DNA of 63,346 nt, filler included, from Octopus bimaculoides (lineage: Eukaryota), in the NCBI RefSeq assembly GCF_001194135.2. It is 4 parts of 4 records of this genome, joined end to end, with 100 filler letters (N's around TTAATTAATTAA, not from the genome) between each part and the next. Parts side by side here need not be neighbours in the genome. Positions count along the whole stretch, not along the records: positions 39,937 to 61,532 come from NC_068984.1; 3 more parts are not named here. One strand, written 5' to 3'. The stretch's first letter is position 1, and each line of letters starts with the position of its first letter. The translations under genes were made by a program, and so were the position numbers. This document shows positions 48,746-61,532 of the stretch, piece after piece. The notes under the pieces were generated by a model. It was not told the origin of the DNA. It did no database searches and saw nothing but the letters and a program-made list of their open reading frames with translations.

Positions 48746-49142
48746 TACTCTTTTACTTGTTTCAGTCATTTGACTGCGGCCATGCTGGAGCACCGCCTTT
48801 AGTCGAGCACATCGACCCCAGGACTTATTCTTTTGTAAGCCTGGTACTTATTCTATCGATCTCTTTTGCCGAACCGCTAAGTTACGGGGACGTAAACACA
48901 CCAGCATCGGTTGTCAAGCGATGTTGGGAGGACGAACACAGACACACAAACATACACACACACACACATACATACATACGACGGGCTTCTTTCAGTTTCC
49001 GTCTACCAAATCCACTCACAAGGCTTTGGTCGGCCCGGGGCTATAGTAGAAGACACTTGCCCAAGGTGCCACGCAGTGGGACTGAACCCGGAACCATGTG
49101 GATGGTAAGTAAGCTGCTTACCACACAGCCACTCCTACGCCT
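48746..49142 (-). mobile_element. SINE family A, most complete copy
   Basis: tRNA-like head (ggcgtaggagtggctgtgtggtaag..ggttccgggttcagtccc), body, (TG/TA) tract, right part and A-rich tail. Confidence 0.9.
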
Positions 49143-50583
49143 ATAAATCTTAAGATTATCTTGCAGGTTTATATTGCTCTCTAGATATCTTGATCATTTG
49201 TAGTGCATAAATTAGTACGTTGTATTCTCTTCCCAAGAATTCAAGTTCAGCCATACTTGGCACCAAGCAGGCTGGTATATATCCTATTACTTCAATAATG
49301 ATAGGTATGAAGCTCAAAGAACATCATGAGTGCTGGATTTATCAATGGCCAGCAGATATTGTCTTTCTTCTGTACTTCTCAGACCACATTAGTACCGAAA
49401 GAGCAACTGATTTTCTACAAAATAACGTTTTATTCTTAAGGTCCCACACGATTTCTGGTCGGTTGAGTTTTAATTTGGTGACCGTTGCTCTATTTGAACT
49501 GAGTTTCATAAATGCTAGGAGAATGAAATACTGAATAAATTTAAGAAAAGAAAACAATATAAGCTTTAACAAGAATCTATTTTCATATACCATTCATGGC
49601 TAATAAAAACATTTGAGCCTAGTCTACAGGCACTTCAACAGAGAACTGAGTTTAAAGAAACTATAATACGTTGGTGAACTGAGTATAAAGATATTACAAC
49701 AAAAATCTATCGATTTATAGACTCCCATAAAGCCGAGTATACAGATATTGCTTATAGTGAGTGGAGCATACAGACACGGCTCTATAGAAACTATTATGGA
49801 TAACTGCGTACAACATAGACTTTATTATAGATAACTGTAAGTTTAGGAGCCCATCTGAATAACTGGGTATATAAAACACATGAGTAGATTGAAATTCAGG
49901 TTTAACACTATCTAGGAAGGTAGTGTCATCAACAAATACTTTTCTGCCCAGTTTTAACTTTTTAGCATACACATGTATTTGTCACATTTAGAGCATATTC
50001 ACATTGTTTTGAATTAATCATGTATTATCACATAGCTTCAAGATTTTGATTATGTGAATGTTTATTTTTAGAATGACATTGTAAAGTATATGTGAGAGGC
50101 CAAATCTAGCTAATTTTAACACCAAGCATTTAGATCTAGCAGATTTAAATGCTAATGGGTTCATTCGTGTTGTTTATTGAAAGTGTAAAGGTTAAAAAGT
50201 AAGATCGTCCACTGTTGAACTATCTTCATAGCTGAGATTTTTTGAATCGTACCTCTGTCTGGCAGATGCTGCCGCTATAAGTTAGTGAATGCCTCTGTGT
50301 GTGTCTGTGTGCTATTTTAGTGAAAGGCATCGTGCTTCCCGGGTTTTAAATCGAACTCACGATCTAATGAACGAGTAGGCAACTGCCTAGCCAATACGAC
50401 CAGACCACGCGATTTCTCAGTTTTGTGCTACAATATATTGTAAATGATTCGTTGCAGTAAATGATGGACAACCGACAAGAGAATTGCGTGGGAGGAAGCG
50501 ATAGAAAGAAAAAGAGATCCGAGGCACTGAGGAGAAAGAAAAGCAATACAACCATGCACTCATATCACGCGTATAATAGACCA

Positions 50584-50630
<47 letters not shown>

Positions 50631-51488
50631 GTAAATGAATCGCTAGGAGGAATTGTAGATGGATGGATGATTGAATGGAAGAATGAATGGTTTCATATGC
50701 ATTATGGTATATGTAAAAAGCAAACACCCATTGAGGATTTCTCTAGCTACTCGATGAAAATAATAAATTACTATACCAAACATGAAATTTCTCAAAACAA
50801 ATAAAATAGAAAAATAAACAAATAAATCGCAATCAAATAAACAGAGACGGTGGATTCCAGCTTCAATAAAAACTTCAATAGAAAACTTTAGATTGCAGTA
50901 GAAGNNNNNNNNNNNNNNNNNNNNNNNNNNNNNNNNNNNNNNNNNNNNNNNNNNNNNNNNNNNNNNNNNNNNNNNNNNNNNNNNNNNNNNNNNNNNNNNN
51001 NNNNNNNNNNNNNNNNNNNNNNNNNNNNNNNNNNNNNNNNNNNNNNNNNNNNNNNNNNNNNNNNNNNNNNNNNNNNNNNNNNNNNNNNNNNNNNNNNNNN
51101 NNNNNNNNNNNNNNNNNNNNNNNNNNNNNNNNNNNNNNNNNNNNNNNNNNNNNNNNNNNNNNNNNNNNNNNNNNNNNNNNNNNNNNNNNNNNNNNNNNNN
51201 NNNNNNNNNNNNNNNNNNNNNNNNNNNNNNNNNNNNNNNNNNNNNNNNNNNNNNNNNNNNNNNNNNNNNNNNNNNNNNNNNNNNNNNNNNNNNNNNNNNN
51301 NNNNNNNNNNNNNNNNNNNNNNNNNNNNNNNNNNNNNNNNNNNNNNNNNNNNNNNNNNNNNNNNNNNNNNNNNNNNNNNNNNNNNNNNNNNNNNNNNNNN
51401 NNNNNNNNNNNNNNNNNNNNNNNNNNNNNNNNNNNNNNNNNNNNNNNNNNNNNNNNNNNNNNNNNNNNNNNNNNNNNNNNNNNNNNNN

Positions 51489-51522
<34 letters not shown>

Positions 51523-51551
51523 CATATAGACAGACAGACAGACAGACAGAC

Positions 51552-51612
<61 letters not shown>

Positions 51613-51651
51613 TAGAAATATACATATACATATATACATATACATACATAC

Positions 51652-51689
<38 letters not shown>

Positions 51690-52111
51690 TGTGTGTATGT
51701 ATATATATACATGGACATATACATACATATATATAACTTTTTTTCTACGTCAATATATGTATATATATTAATTCAGTTTATTCTTGATTGAGAGTCTTGT
51801 CTGAAAACATACTCAAACGAGAATAGAAAAGAAAACAGTTCTTTATTTACTATGGTATTGTTAAATGAATATATATTCCAGAAATATAACATATTGGACA
51901 GTTGTTGTTACAAAAGAACAAAACTCTCTTTTTAAAGATAAGTAGACAACAGAAAGTAGAGGTTTCCACAATCTCATATCCTGTTATTCCAGCGTAAATT
52001 ACAAGAAAAAAGTGTAAAACGAGAAATACACACACATATATATGTATCTAAGCATACTCTCTCACACACAGACAAGCATACATATACAGATACACATATA
52101 AACACACACAG

Positions 52112-52181
<70 letters not shown>

Positions 52182-53809
52182 NNNNNNNNNNNNNNNNNNN
52201 NNNNNNNNNNNNNNNNNNNNNNNNNNNNNNNNNNNNNNNNNNNNNNNNNNNNNNNNNNNNNNNNNNNNNNNNNNNNNNNNNNNNNNNNNNNNNNNNNNNN
52301 NNNNNNNNNNNNNNNNNNNNNNNNNNNNNNNNNNNNNNNNNNNNNNNNNNNNNNNNNNNNNNNNNNNNNNNNNNNNNNNNNNNNNNNNNNNNNNNNNNNN
52401 NNNNNNNNNNNNNNNNNNNNNNNNNNNNNNNNNNNNNNNNNNNNNNNNNNNNNNNNNNNNNNNNNNNNNNNNNNNNNNNNNNNNNNNNNNNNNNNNNNNN
52501 NNNNNNNNNNNNNNNNNNNNNNNNNNNNNNNNNNNNNNNNNNNNNNNNNNNNNNNNNNNNNNNNNNNNNNNNNNNNNNNNNNNNNNNNNNNNNNNNNNNN
52601 NNNNNNNNNNNNNNNNNNNNNNNNNNNNNNNNNNNNNNNNNNNNNNNNNNNNNNNNNNNNNNNNNNNNNNNNNNNNNNNNNNNNNNNNNNNNNNNNNNNN
52701 NNNNNNNNNNNNNNNNNNNNNNNNNNNNNNNNNNNNNNNNNNNNNNNNNNNNNNNNNNNNNNNNNNNNNNNNNNNNNNNNNNNNNNNNNNNNNNNNNNNN
52801 NNNNNNNNNNNNNNNNNNNNNNNNNNNNNNNNNNNNNNNNNNNNNNNNNNNNNNNNNNNNNNNNNNNNNNNNNNNNNNNNNNNNNNNNNNNNNNNNNNNN
52901 NNNNNNNNNNNNNNNNNNNNNNNNNNNNNNNNNNNNNNNNNNNNNNNNNNNNNNNNNNNNNNNNNNNNNNNNNNNNNNNNNNNNNNNNNNNNNNNNNNNN
53001 NNNNNNNNNNNNNNNNNNNNNNNNNNNNNNNNNNNNNNNNNNNNNNNNNNNNNNNNNNNNNNNNNNNNNNNNNNNNNNNNNNNNNNTATATATATATGAG
53101 TACGAAATTGACATTAGCAAATAAACATGAAATGACACAATTTTAAGCTATAACTGTAATATGTCTTAGATCATATTTAGTCGAAGATACTCTGTATATA
53201 TATTTATAAAGCCCCATCATAATAGAGAAGTGAGGATGGTTAAGCCATTTGATTGGTAAAAGAGCAAAGATAAGTAGACAACAGAAAGTAGAGATTAACA
53301 GCATATACAAGATCGAAATAATTATAAATGTAAGGCAGGGAGTAAGTGAAGGCATATATAGAAAAACAAGAGAAAGGACGATAAATAAAGCAGAGAAAGC
53401 GGAGGAGTAACTTTTATAGAAAGACAATGAACAGTCGTTCGAGATTAACTTTTGCTCTAACGCAGATGAGGCAATTACGTGGTTTCATCTCCAAAATATA
53501 CGTAAGCATTGGTGGCGTGGAGAGGGAAGGCTGGTATGCATGGGCGATTGCTGGTCTTCTATAAACAACCTTGCCCGGACTTGTGCCTCGGAGGGTACAT
53601 TTTAGGTGCAATCCCATGGTCATTCATGACCGAAGGGGGGTTTTTTTCAGCTATTCAGATATGATCGTGGCTGTGGTATTTATGCTGGGTAGTAGAAAGG
53701 AGGAGAAATATATGCTAGGTTGGTTAAGAAAAGGCCATGTATTTGGTGAGTTTAGACATGTGTTTCTATCTTTCAATCCCACCCCACCTGTGGGTGGGAT
53801 ATTGAGTTA

Positions 53810-54420
53810 TCGAGAACGTGTGTTAATCTTCATAAATGTTTTAGTATGTTTATGTAAGCATCTTAAGACTTCTTCCAGCCTGCTCTTAAGTAATTTGTGC
53901 CACGATGTAAAGATTAGGTACATTACTTCTATATATAACTCACATCTATTATCCCCCTGTCTCATACAGTTTAGCCGTACTAATTATCTCCCACAATATG
54001 TAAAGCTATGGTTCCTATCTTTAAGGGATCAGATTAGTTTGCTTAAGCTCGTACTGTTCATCTTACTTTTATCCTTAAGTGAATTTCAATGATTTGCTAT
54101 CTTTTTTAAAACAAATTAGTGAGCTGGCCTCTGTATAGAAGCATGACCTTTACTCAGAAGTGATCTTGCATCGATACACTAGGTTCTTCGTCAAACATCC
54201 AGAGTTTAAGGGGCATACTTTATTCCTAGCACAGTTACAGAAACCTAATTCCCTGTTCCTATTATATATTGTGTTATAGTCTTTGCAATATGTCTCTGCT
54301 GCCCTCATTTCTATCAACTATTTTTCCAAAGCTTTCTATCCATATAGACGTTTGTGGGTTGCTACTTTAATCGATTCCAGCACCCTGTCATGTGGAGGTA
54401 TAGACTTGTGCTGAAGTTAT
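53810..54420 (-). pseudogene. Penelope-like element GIY-YIG endonuclease fossil
   Basis: CNCARNKVCPLNSGCLTKNLVY, MNSTSLSKLI.SLKD, NRCEL, LRCLHKH: C-terminal PLE endonuclease signature with indels. Confidence 0.75.
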
Positions 54421-54921
54421 CTTCTTTCGACTGCTGGCCATTACTGCATTACTACCCCTTAATGCAATGTGTGTTATGTTGGTGTTAGTGTTCGAGTCTC
54501 TTCTGTTATTAACTATTCCTGTCCTGTCACTCGGTATACCATTATCAATATTCTCGTTAATGGGGTCATTTTTCTTGTCTAGTCTACTATTTTCATCGGT
54601 CTTTCAGAAGTAAGACAGTCTTCTCGCGTTGTGTGCTGCTATCATCTGCGCTAGGTCGCGGCTAGTGGAAAATCGAGCCAAACATTGTGCGTATTAAATA
54701 TTTTATAGTATTTACTAGACTTGGGAAAGTGTTTCTCAACTGCGGTGTAAAACTGCTTCAGAATGTTGGAAATTATTTGTTTCGGGTACTATATATTAGT
54801 AAAAAATATACATACATTCATATTTTGAGTTCTATTTTTCCTGTTTCCATCAATATACCTATATATAAATATATGTATATGTATGATTGTATGTATGTAT
54901 GTATGTATGTATGTATGTATG

Positions 54922-54956
<35 letters not shown>

Positions 54957-55848
54957 NNNNNNNNNNNNNNNNNNNNNNNNNNNNNNNNNNNNNNNNNNNN
55001 NNNNNNNNNNNNNNNNNNNNNNNNNNNNNNNNNNNNNNNNNNNNNNNNNNNNNNNNNNNNNNNNNNNNNNNNNNNNNNNNNNNNNNNNNNNNNNNNNNNN
55101 NNNNNNNNNNNNNNNNNNNNNNNNNNNNNNNNNNNNNNNNNNNNNNNNNNNNNNNNNNNNNNNNNNNNNNNNNNNNNNNNNNNNNNNNNNNNNNNNNNNN
55201 NNNNNNNNNNNNNNNNNNNNNNNNNNNNNNNNNNNNNNNNNNNNNNNNNNNNNNNNNNNNNNNNNNNNNNNNNNNNNNNNNNNNNNNNNNNNNNNNNNNN
55301 NNNNNNNNNNNNNNNNNNNNNNNNNNNNNNNNNNNNNNNNNNNNNNNNNNNNNNNNNNNNNNNNNNNNNNNNNNNNNNNNNNNNNNNNNNNNNNNNNNNN
55401 NNNNNNNNNNNNNNNNNNNNNNNNNNNNNNNNNNNNNNNNNNNNNNNNNNNNNNNNNNNNNNNNNNNNNNNNNNNNNNNNNNNNNNNNNNNNNNNNNNNN
55501 NNNNNNNNNNNNNNNNNNNNNNNNNNNNNNNNNNNNNNNNNNNNNNNNNNNNNNNNNNNNNNNNNNNNNNNNNNNNNNNNNNNNNNNNNNNNNNNNNNNN
55601 NNNNNNNNNNNNNNNNNNNNNNNNNNNNNNNNNNNNNNNNNNNNNNNNNNNNNNNNNNNNNNNNNNNNNNNNNNNNNNNNNNNNNNNNNNNNNNNNNNNN
55701 NNNNNNNNNNNNNNNNNNNNNNNNNNNNNNNNNNNNNNNNNNNNNNNNNNNNNNNNNNNNNNNNNNNNNNNNNNNNNNNNNNNNNNNNNNNNNNNNNNNN
55801 NNNNNNNNNNNNNNNNNNNNNNNNNNNNNNNNNNNNNNNNNNNNNNNN

Positions 55849-55923
55849 GAGAATTAGATACTTACCCTTCGCACTGTGTTTTTATATATGTCTATGCGTC
55901 TCTGTAGTCTTATATATCTGAGT

Positions 55924-55954
<31 letters not shown>

Positions 55955-56054
55955 TTTAGACAACTGCATACATGTAAAAACTCAGATATATAAGACTACA
56001 GAGACGAATAGACATATATAAAAACACAGTGCGAAGGGTAAGTATCTAATTCTC
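55849..56054. repeat. 76-bp inverted repeat with 54-bp spacer, starting at a gap edge
   Basis: 55849-55924 / 55979-56054, one mismatch. Confidence 0.9.
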
Positions 56055-57029
56055 GAGAAAATAATGTTTACTACTTTTGGTGTGATATCTTTACGCAGAT
56101 AAAGAGGATACTGTGATGGCAGTCATAAACCTATTTATCATATGATACATAGCGTAAGAGTAGATGACGTCATAAAAGCGTTGCTATTGCAAAGTTAAAT
56201 AATAATAGCATTATGTATAATCTTTTTGTGCGTGAGACAAATGTGCTAAAAGTAACTGACGTCATTACAACTTAATGTGATAAACTATAATAGTAATAGC
56301 ATACACAGATCCACGGTTCTTCTTGGAACCGCTTTATGATAACCATATGATTTTTGTTGTTCTTTGTTTTCTTTTTTGCTTCTTACCGTTTCTACAGCTG
56401 ATTGGAATCCGATAATAACCTGTCCTGATAGATTGATAATATTATAATGTATTTATATATGTATGAATGTACGTATATATGTATAGGTTTATATATGTAC
56501 GCATGCATATATGTATATAAATATGTGTGTGTATGTATGTATGTATGTATGTATACATATACGCACAAACACAAACATACAGATACACACATGCACATGT
56601 GCATGCACTCACACATATATATGTGTGTATGAGAAGAATAAGATGCGGATTTAGAAGATTTAGAAAATCATGTGACTGTTAGAGAGAGCTTCTTTTACGG
56701 ACTCGTCTATCCATTACAAAGGACTGTATTTTAAAGTCCCCATACAACTGAAAATCCAGAAGATGGAATTGAGGAAATCAGCAGGTATGAGAAGTGAAAT
56801 ATAAATTTAGTTAGCCACATGACTTCCATAAGGTTACGGCCCTTTCGTAACCTTCTTCATGTAGTATAAATTTCGGTATGGAAGAAATTATGTGTACATA
56901 ATTGCATTACGTATTCTCGGCATTATACACTGCGAGTGTATATTCACAAATTAATGCAAATAGAAAGCTTTCTTTACATACATTAATTTGTGAATATACA
57001 ATTTTTTACATATATACATATATATATAT

Positions 57030-57208
57030 AGCTAGCCACTACACATTCTTTTTTTTCTCTCTCTCTCCTTTTGTCTTTCTGTGTTCCTTTCTGTGGAAGA
57101 GCGTAGGCTCGAAACGTTAAGGACTGTTTTCACTTCCCGAGCGTTATACTAATACATCTGTTTGTTGTCTACACCACCTGTCGTCTTTTGTGTTTTATGA
57201 ATTCTCCC

Positions 57209-57212
<4 letters not shown>
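57030..57212 (+). mobile_element. Family E copy with hammerhead-like motif at 57086-57123
   Basis: CCUUU-CUGUGGA-A-GAGC(guag)GCUC-GAAA-CGUU-AAGGA; flanked by (TA)n. Confidence 0.75.
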
Positions 57213-57288
<76 letters not shown>

Positions 57289-57294
57289 TCACAT

Positions 57295-57492
57295 TTTGGT
57301 ACTAGGCTAGTAATTTGGGAGTGGCGTAAGTTGATTACATCGACCGAGTGATCGACTGGTAATTATTTTATCGACCTCAAAAGGATGAACGGCAAAGTCG
57401 ACCTCTGTGGAATTTGAACTCAGAACGTAAAGATAGACAAAATGCCACAAAGCATTTTGCCCGGTATGCTAACGATTCTGCCAGCTTGCCGC
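57295..57492 (-). mobile_element. SINE family B
   Basis: Complete head (ggcggcaagctggcagaatcgttagc) and body. Confidence 0.85.
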
Positions 57493-57799
57493 CAATGTAC
57501 GTAAACATATATACTAATATGAATATATATACATATACTCATGCATATACACATGCATGTATGTATGTATGTATGTACGTATGTATGTGTGTGTGTGTGT
57601 GTGTGTGTGTACATTCCCTTTACTTCTCATAATATGTGGTAGAGAGATATCAGATTTCATTCCTTCTCATGCTCAGTTAAACTATCCTTAGAATTCTTGA
57701 TAATAGTGCTATTCGCAATTCCATGTTTTTGCCTGCGTTAGGGCTAGTGAACAACTTGCTTAAAAGGGATACTCCAGTTTTCGAATAATATCTTTTATC

Positions 57800-57995
57800 G
57801 TTTACTTGTTTCAATCATTAGACAGCCGCCATACTGGGGCACCGACTTGAATCTTTTTTTTATATCGTATAAATTGACCCCAGTACTTAGTTTTCGTAAC
57901 CCTGGTACTTATTCTATTGATCTTTTAGCCAAACCGCTATATTACGTGGACTTAAACACACCAACACCAGTTGTCAAGCGACGGTGGGGGACAAA
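57800..57995 (-). mobile_element. SINE family A, right part only
   Basis: ctggtacttattctattgatc..gccaaaccgct..gttgtcaagcga. Confidence 0.75.
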
Positions 57996-58436
57996 CACAC
58001 CGACACGAAAACACACACCCGCATGTGAGTGCGTGTGCAAAGATAGACACATATGTAAGCGAGCACACATACATATACACACACTGAGAAATATATACGT
58101 ACATACATACATACATACATACATACATACATAGAAAAATTGAAGCATGTCTTTGACAATTCTGGAGTTTATTGAACTTACTTTGGGCGTGTCTTTTGGC
58201 CCACTCTGTATATATAAATGTATATGTTTGTGTGTTATCATGTCTATACTTAAACGTTTGACATTTATATTTCCCATATGATAGATGTCTTAATAGTTGA
58301 CGTCATAAAAGCTTAATATGACAATCTCAAATTGTAATAATTGGGTGCAGGTGTGTAGGTGTATAAAAGTGAATGTATGTGATAAGAGTACGAATCACTG
58401 AGTATATGTATATGAATACATGTACACATATGAGGC

Positions 58437-58474
<38 letters not shown>

Positions 58475-58863
58475 GTGTGCACGTGCCTCATTCGTGAGGA
58501 ACAACTAGTATACGATTCTGAGAATTATATTTATTTGGCAGTCCGTACTGATAAGAAACAGATATTTTCGGTAAGAAAGTATTAATTTCGAAACTACTTT
58601 GCGGATAACTTTGTATATATTTATGCAATTTTCACTTGTCTTGCCTGTATACGTTTTGTTACTTCGCTAAATCTCCTTTGAGAACAATTCGGTCTTAGTA
58701 GACACATTACATGTGATCTTCNNNNNNNNNNNNNNNNNNNNNNNNNNNNNNNNNNNNNNNNNNNNNNNNNNNNNNNNNNNNNNNNNNNNNNNNNNNNNNN
58801 NNNNNNNNNNNNNNNNNNNNNNNNNNNNNNNNNNNNNNNNNNNNNNNNNNNNNNNNNNNNNNN

Positions 58864-59050
58864 NATATATATGGGAGAATTTACGAAAAAAAACAACAGG
58901 CGAGGACAGGTGGTGTAAACAACAAAAGGATGTATTAGTTTAACCTTCGGGAATAGAGAAAGTCTTTAACGTTTCGAGTTACGCTCTTCAGCAGAAAGAA
59001 ATAAGGAGAAAAACAAGGACAAAAAAATATAAATGTAGTGGTCAGCGATC
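58864..59050 (-). mobile_element. Family E copy with hammerhead-like motif at 58963-58999
   Basis: Minus strand UCUUU-CUGCUGA-A-GAG(cguaa)CUC-GAAA-CGUU-AAAGA. Confidence 0.75.
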
Positions 59051-59299
59051 TATCATGGCGATATATATACATACATACATATATATGTATGTGTATATGT
59101 GTGTGTGTGTGTGTGTGTATGTGTGTGTGTGTGTGTGAATATATATATATACATAGATAGATATACGCCTTATGTGTGTACATGTATTCATATACATATA
59201 CTCAGTGATTCGTATTCTCATCACATACAGTCACTTTTCAACCACCTTCTAGAATTGTTTTAGTCGAATTAATCGAACCCAGAAGTTTTTTTTTTAGTT

Positions 59300-59598
59300 T
59301 GGTTATTATTCTATCTATGTCTATTGCCGAACCGCTACTTTACAGGCACGTAGACACAGCAGCACCGGTTGTCAAGTGGAGGTGGAGACAAACACAGACA
59401 GAGACAGATTCACTCACGTATAATACTTATATATACGACGGGCTTCTTTCAGTTTCCGTCTACCAAATCCACTTACAGGACTTTGGTCGGACCGAGGTTA
59501 CAGTAGAAGACGATTGAGCAAGGTGCCACGCCGTGGGACTGAACCTCGAACCATGTTGTTGGGAAGCAAGCTTCGTACACACAGCCAAACCTGCGCCT
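59300..59598 (-). mobile_element. SINE family A
   Basis: Collinear with 48746-49142; head begins 16 nt downstream of the tRNA. Confidence 0.85.
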
Positions 59599-59614
59599 AA
59601 AATTATTGCTACCT

Positions 59615-59687
59615 CATCCCTAGTAGGATTCGAATCCACGAACTCTGGATTAGAAGTCCAGCGCGCTATCTCCTGCACTACGGGGAC
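59615..59687 (-). tRNA. tRNA-Arg(TCT), intronless, possibly a pseudogene
   Basis: 73 nt: GTCCCCG-TA-GTGC..GCGC-G-CTGGA-CTTCTAA-TCCAG-AGTTC-GTGGA-TTCGAAT-CCTAC-TAGGGAT-G. Perfect anticodon stem; C6-A67 and A53-C61 mismatches; TTTT 12 nt downstream. Confidence 0.75.
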
Positions 59688-59819
59688 ATATATTGAACTG
59701 GATTGAATTACATTGCCTATATTCACTCCACTACAGGATGAAGGACTCAGCATGCTCTCTTTACAAGATCATGTTTGTTTGATGAGCCTACTCTGTCACA
59801 CTTGCTCGATATCGCTTGG

Positions 59820-60030
59820 TGGGGGTGGGGGTGCAAGATTTAGTACTCTTACCCAGGATTAATTAGATCCATTACAATCGGGGTCAGGGCTCAACTGTTA
59901 CTTATTTTAACGACCTCGAAAGGATATAAAGCAAAGTCGGCCTCGGTGGAATTTGAATTCAGAACGTAAGGACGGACGAAATACCACTAAGCATTTCACT
60001 TGGCGTGCTAACGTTCTGTTTGCGCGCCGC
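59820..60030 (-). mobile_element. SINE family B
   Basis: gcaaagtcggcctcggtggaatttgaattcagaacgtaaggacggacg. Confidence 0.8.
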
Positions 60031-60106
60031 ATATGTATACATATAGAGAGAAAGAGAGAATGAAATACACACATACACACATATATTCATATATGTGCAT
60101 ATATCC

Positions 60107-60143
<37 letters not shown>

Positions 60144-60394
60144 NNNNNNNNNNNNNNNNNNNNNNNNNNNNNNNNNNNNNNNNNNNNNNNNNNNNNNNNN
60201 NNNNNNNNNNNNNNNNNNNNNNNNNNNNNNNNNNNNNNNNNNNNNNNNNNNNNNNNNNNNNNNNNNNNNNNNNNNNNNNNNNNNNNNNNNNNNNNNNNNN
60301 NNNNNNNNNNNNNNNNNNNNNNNNNNNNNNNNNNNNNNNNNNNNNNNNNNNNNNNNNNNNNNNNNNNNNNNNNNNNNNNNNNNNNNNNNNNNNN

Positions 60395-60444
<50 letters not shown>

Positions 60445-61490
60445 ATACATACCTTCATGCCTACCTACCTGCCTGCCTGCCTATTTACCTACCTACCTAC
60501 CTACCTATAAATATATATTACATACATACATACATATGCACACATTCATAAAATTACATCACCAATCATGTTTCATAGTGTGAGTTTACGTGAGTGTATA
60601 TGTACAAGTGCGAGCACGCATCTGTGTGTGTGTATGTTGGTATTATTTATATTTGCAGAATTTATTTTTATATCTTTTCATATGTCTACCAGGATTTGAA
60701 ACGAACCAGAGCACACATTTTCTATTGCAGTTAATGTATTATCATATAGATTACAATAAATTAAGCGAAGAACAGCTTGCAACCATTGTATATCTACCAA
60801 GGCAGATAATTGATCATTACACTTCGTCAATCCACATGGCAACATACACAATTACACAGAACAAAACTATATAATTGACAGAACGATAAAATAATAGGAT
60901 TCGTGAGATAAATGTTAGATAAATGCAAGGGAAAGACGGAGGTGAAGAATGGAAAAGAAAATAGATAAATGGAGCGATCGATTTGATATAGAGACTAAAG
61001 ATGGGTGACGAAGGAGATGTGTTAAGAAATTGATAGATGAGTTCAAAGTTTATTTATTTCTAAAAGGCCCGATAAGGATGATAGATTTTTATTTCAATAA
61101 AATTATTAATTGATATTTATCTTTATCTATTTATTGGCTTATCTATTTTTCCCTTTCTCTTTATTCCCATTTCTCAACAAAGTGGTAAATCTTTTCATCT
61201 TTACATCTTATCCGATAGTCAACAGAAGATGTTTTAGTATTAATTATTCCTCGAAGTCTTTTTTTAACTAGCCGACACTTTTCAGTGATATCTCCTGCAA
61301 ATTCTTCAAACAATTTATCAACTTAATTCATAATTATTTCTACGAATCAATTAATGGATTTCAGTGATCAGTGGCATCCACTAATGAGTGGCTAGACTGC
61401 CAGGAAAGGGTTTCAATAGTTAATACCTACTTTATCTTTATTATTTGCTATTAATTGCTATTAATTTACAATACTGATCCATCATTTACA

Positions 61491-61532
<42 letters not shown>

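Noticed and set aside
49220-49972. Possible piggyBac-like fossil
   Set aside because: Only vague resemblance (RPEIV.D, RKT); no catalytic motif recognisable.
51950-51995. TATGAG..GAAAC between complementary arms on the minus strand
   Set aside because: The core lacks CUGA and a valid UH site; too degenerate to call.
56736-56790. Possible plus-strand exon ending CAG|GTATGA (PHTTENPEDGIEEIS)
   Set aside because: Weak acceptor and no recognisable homology.
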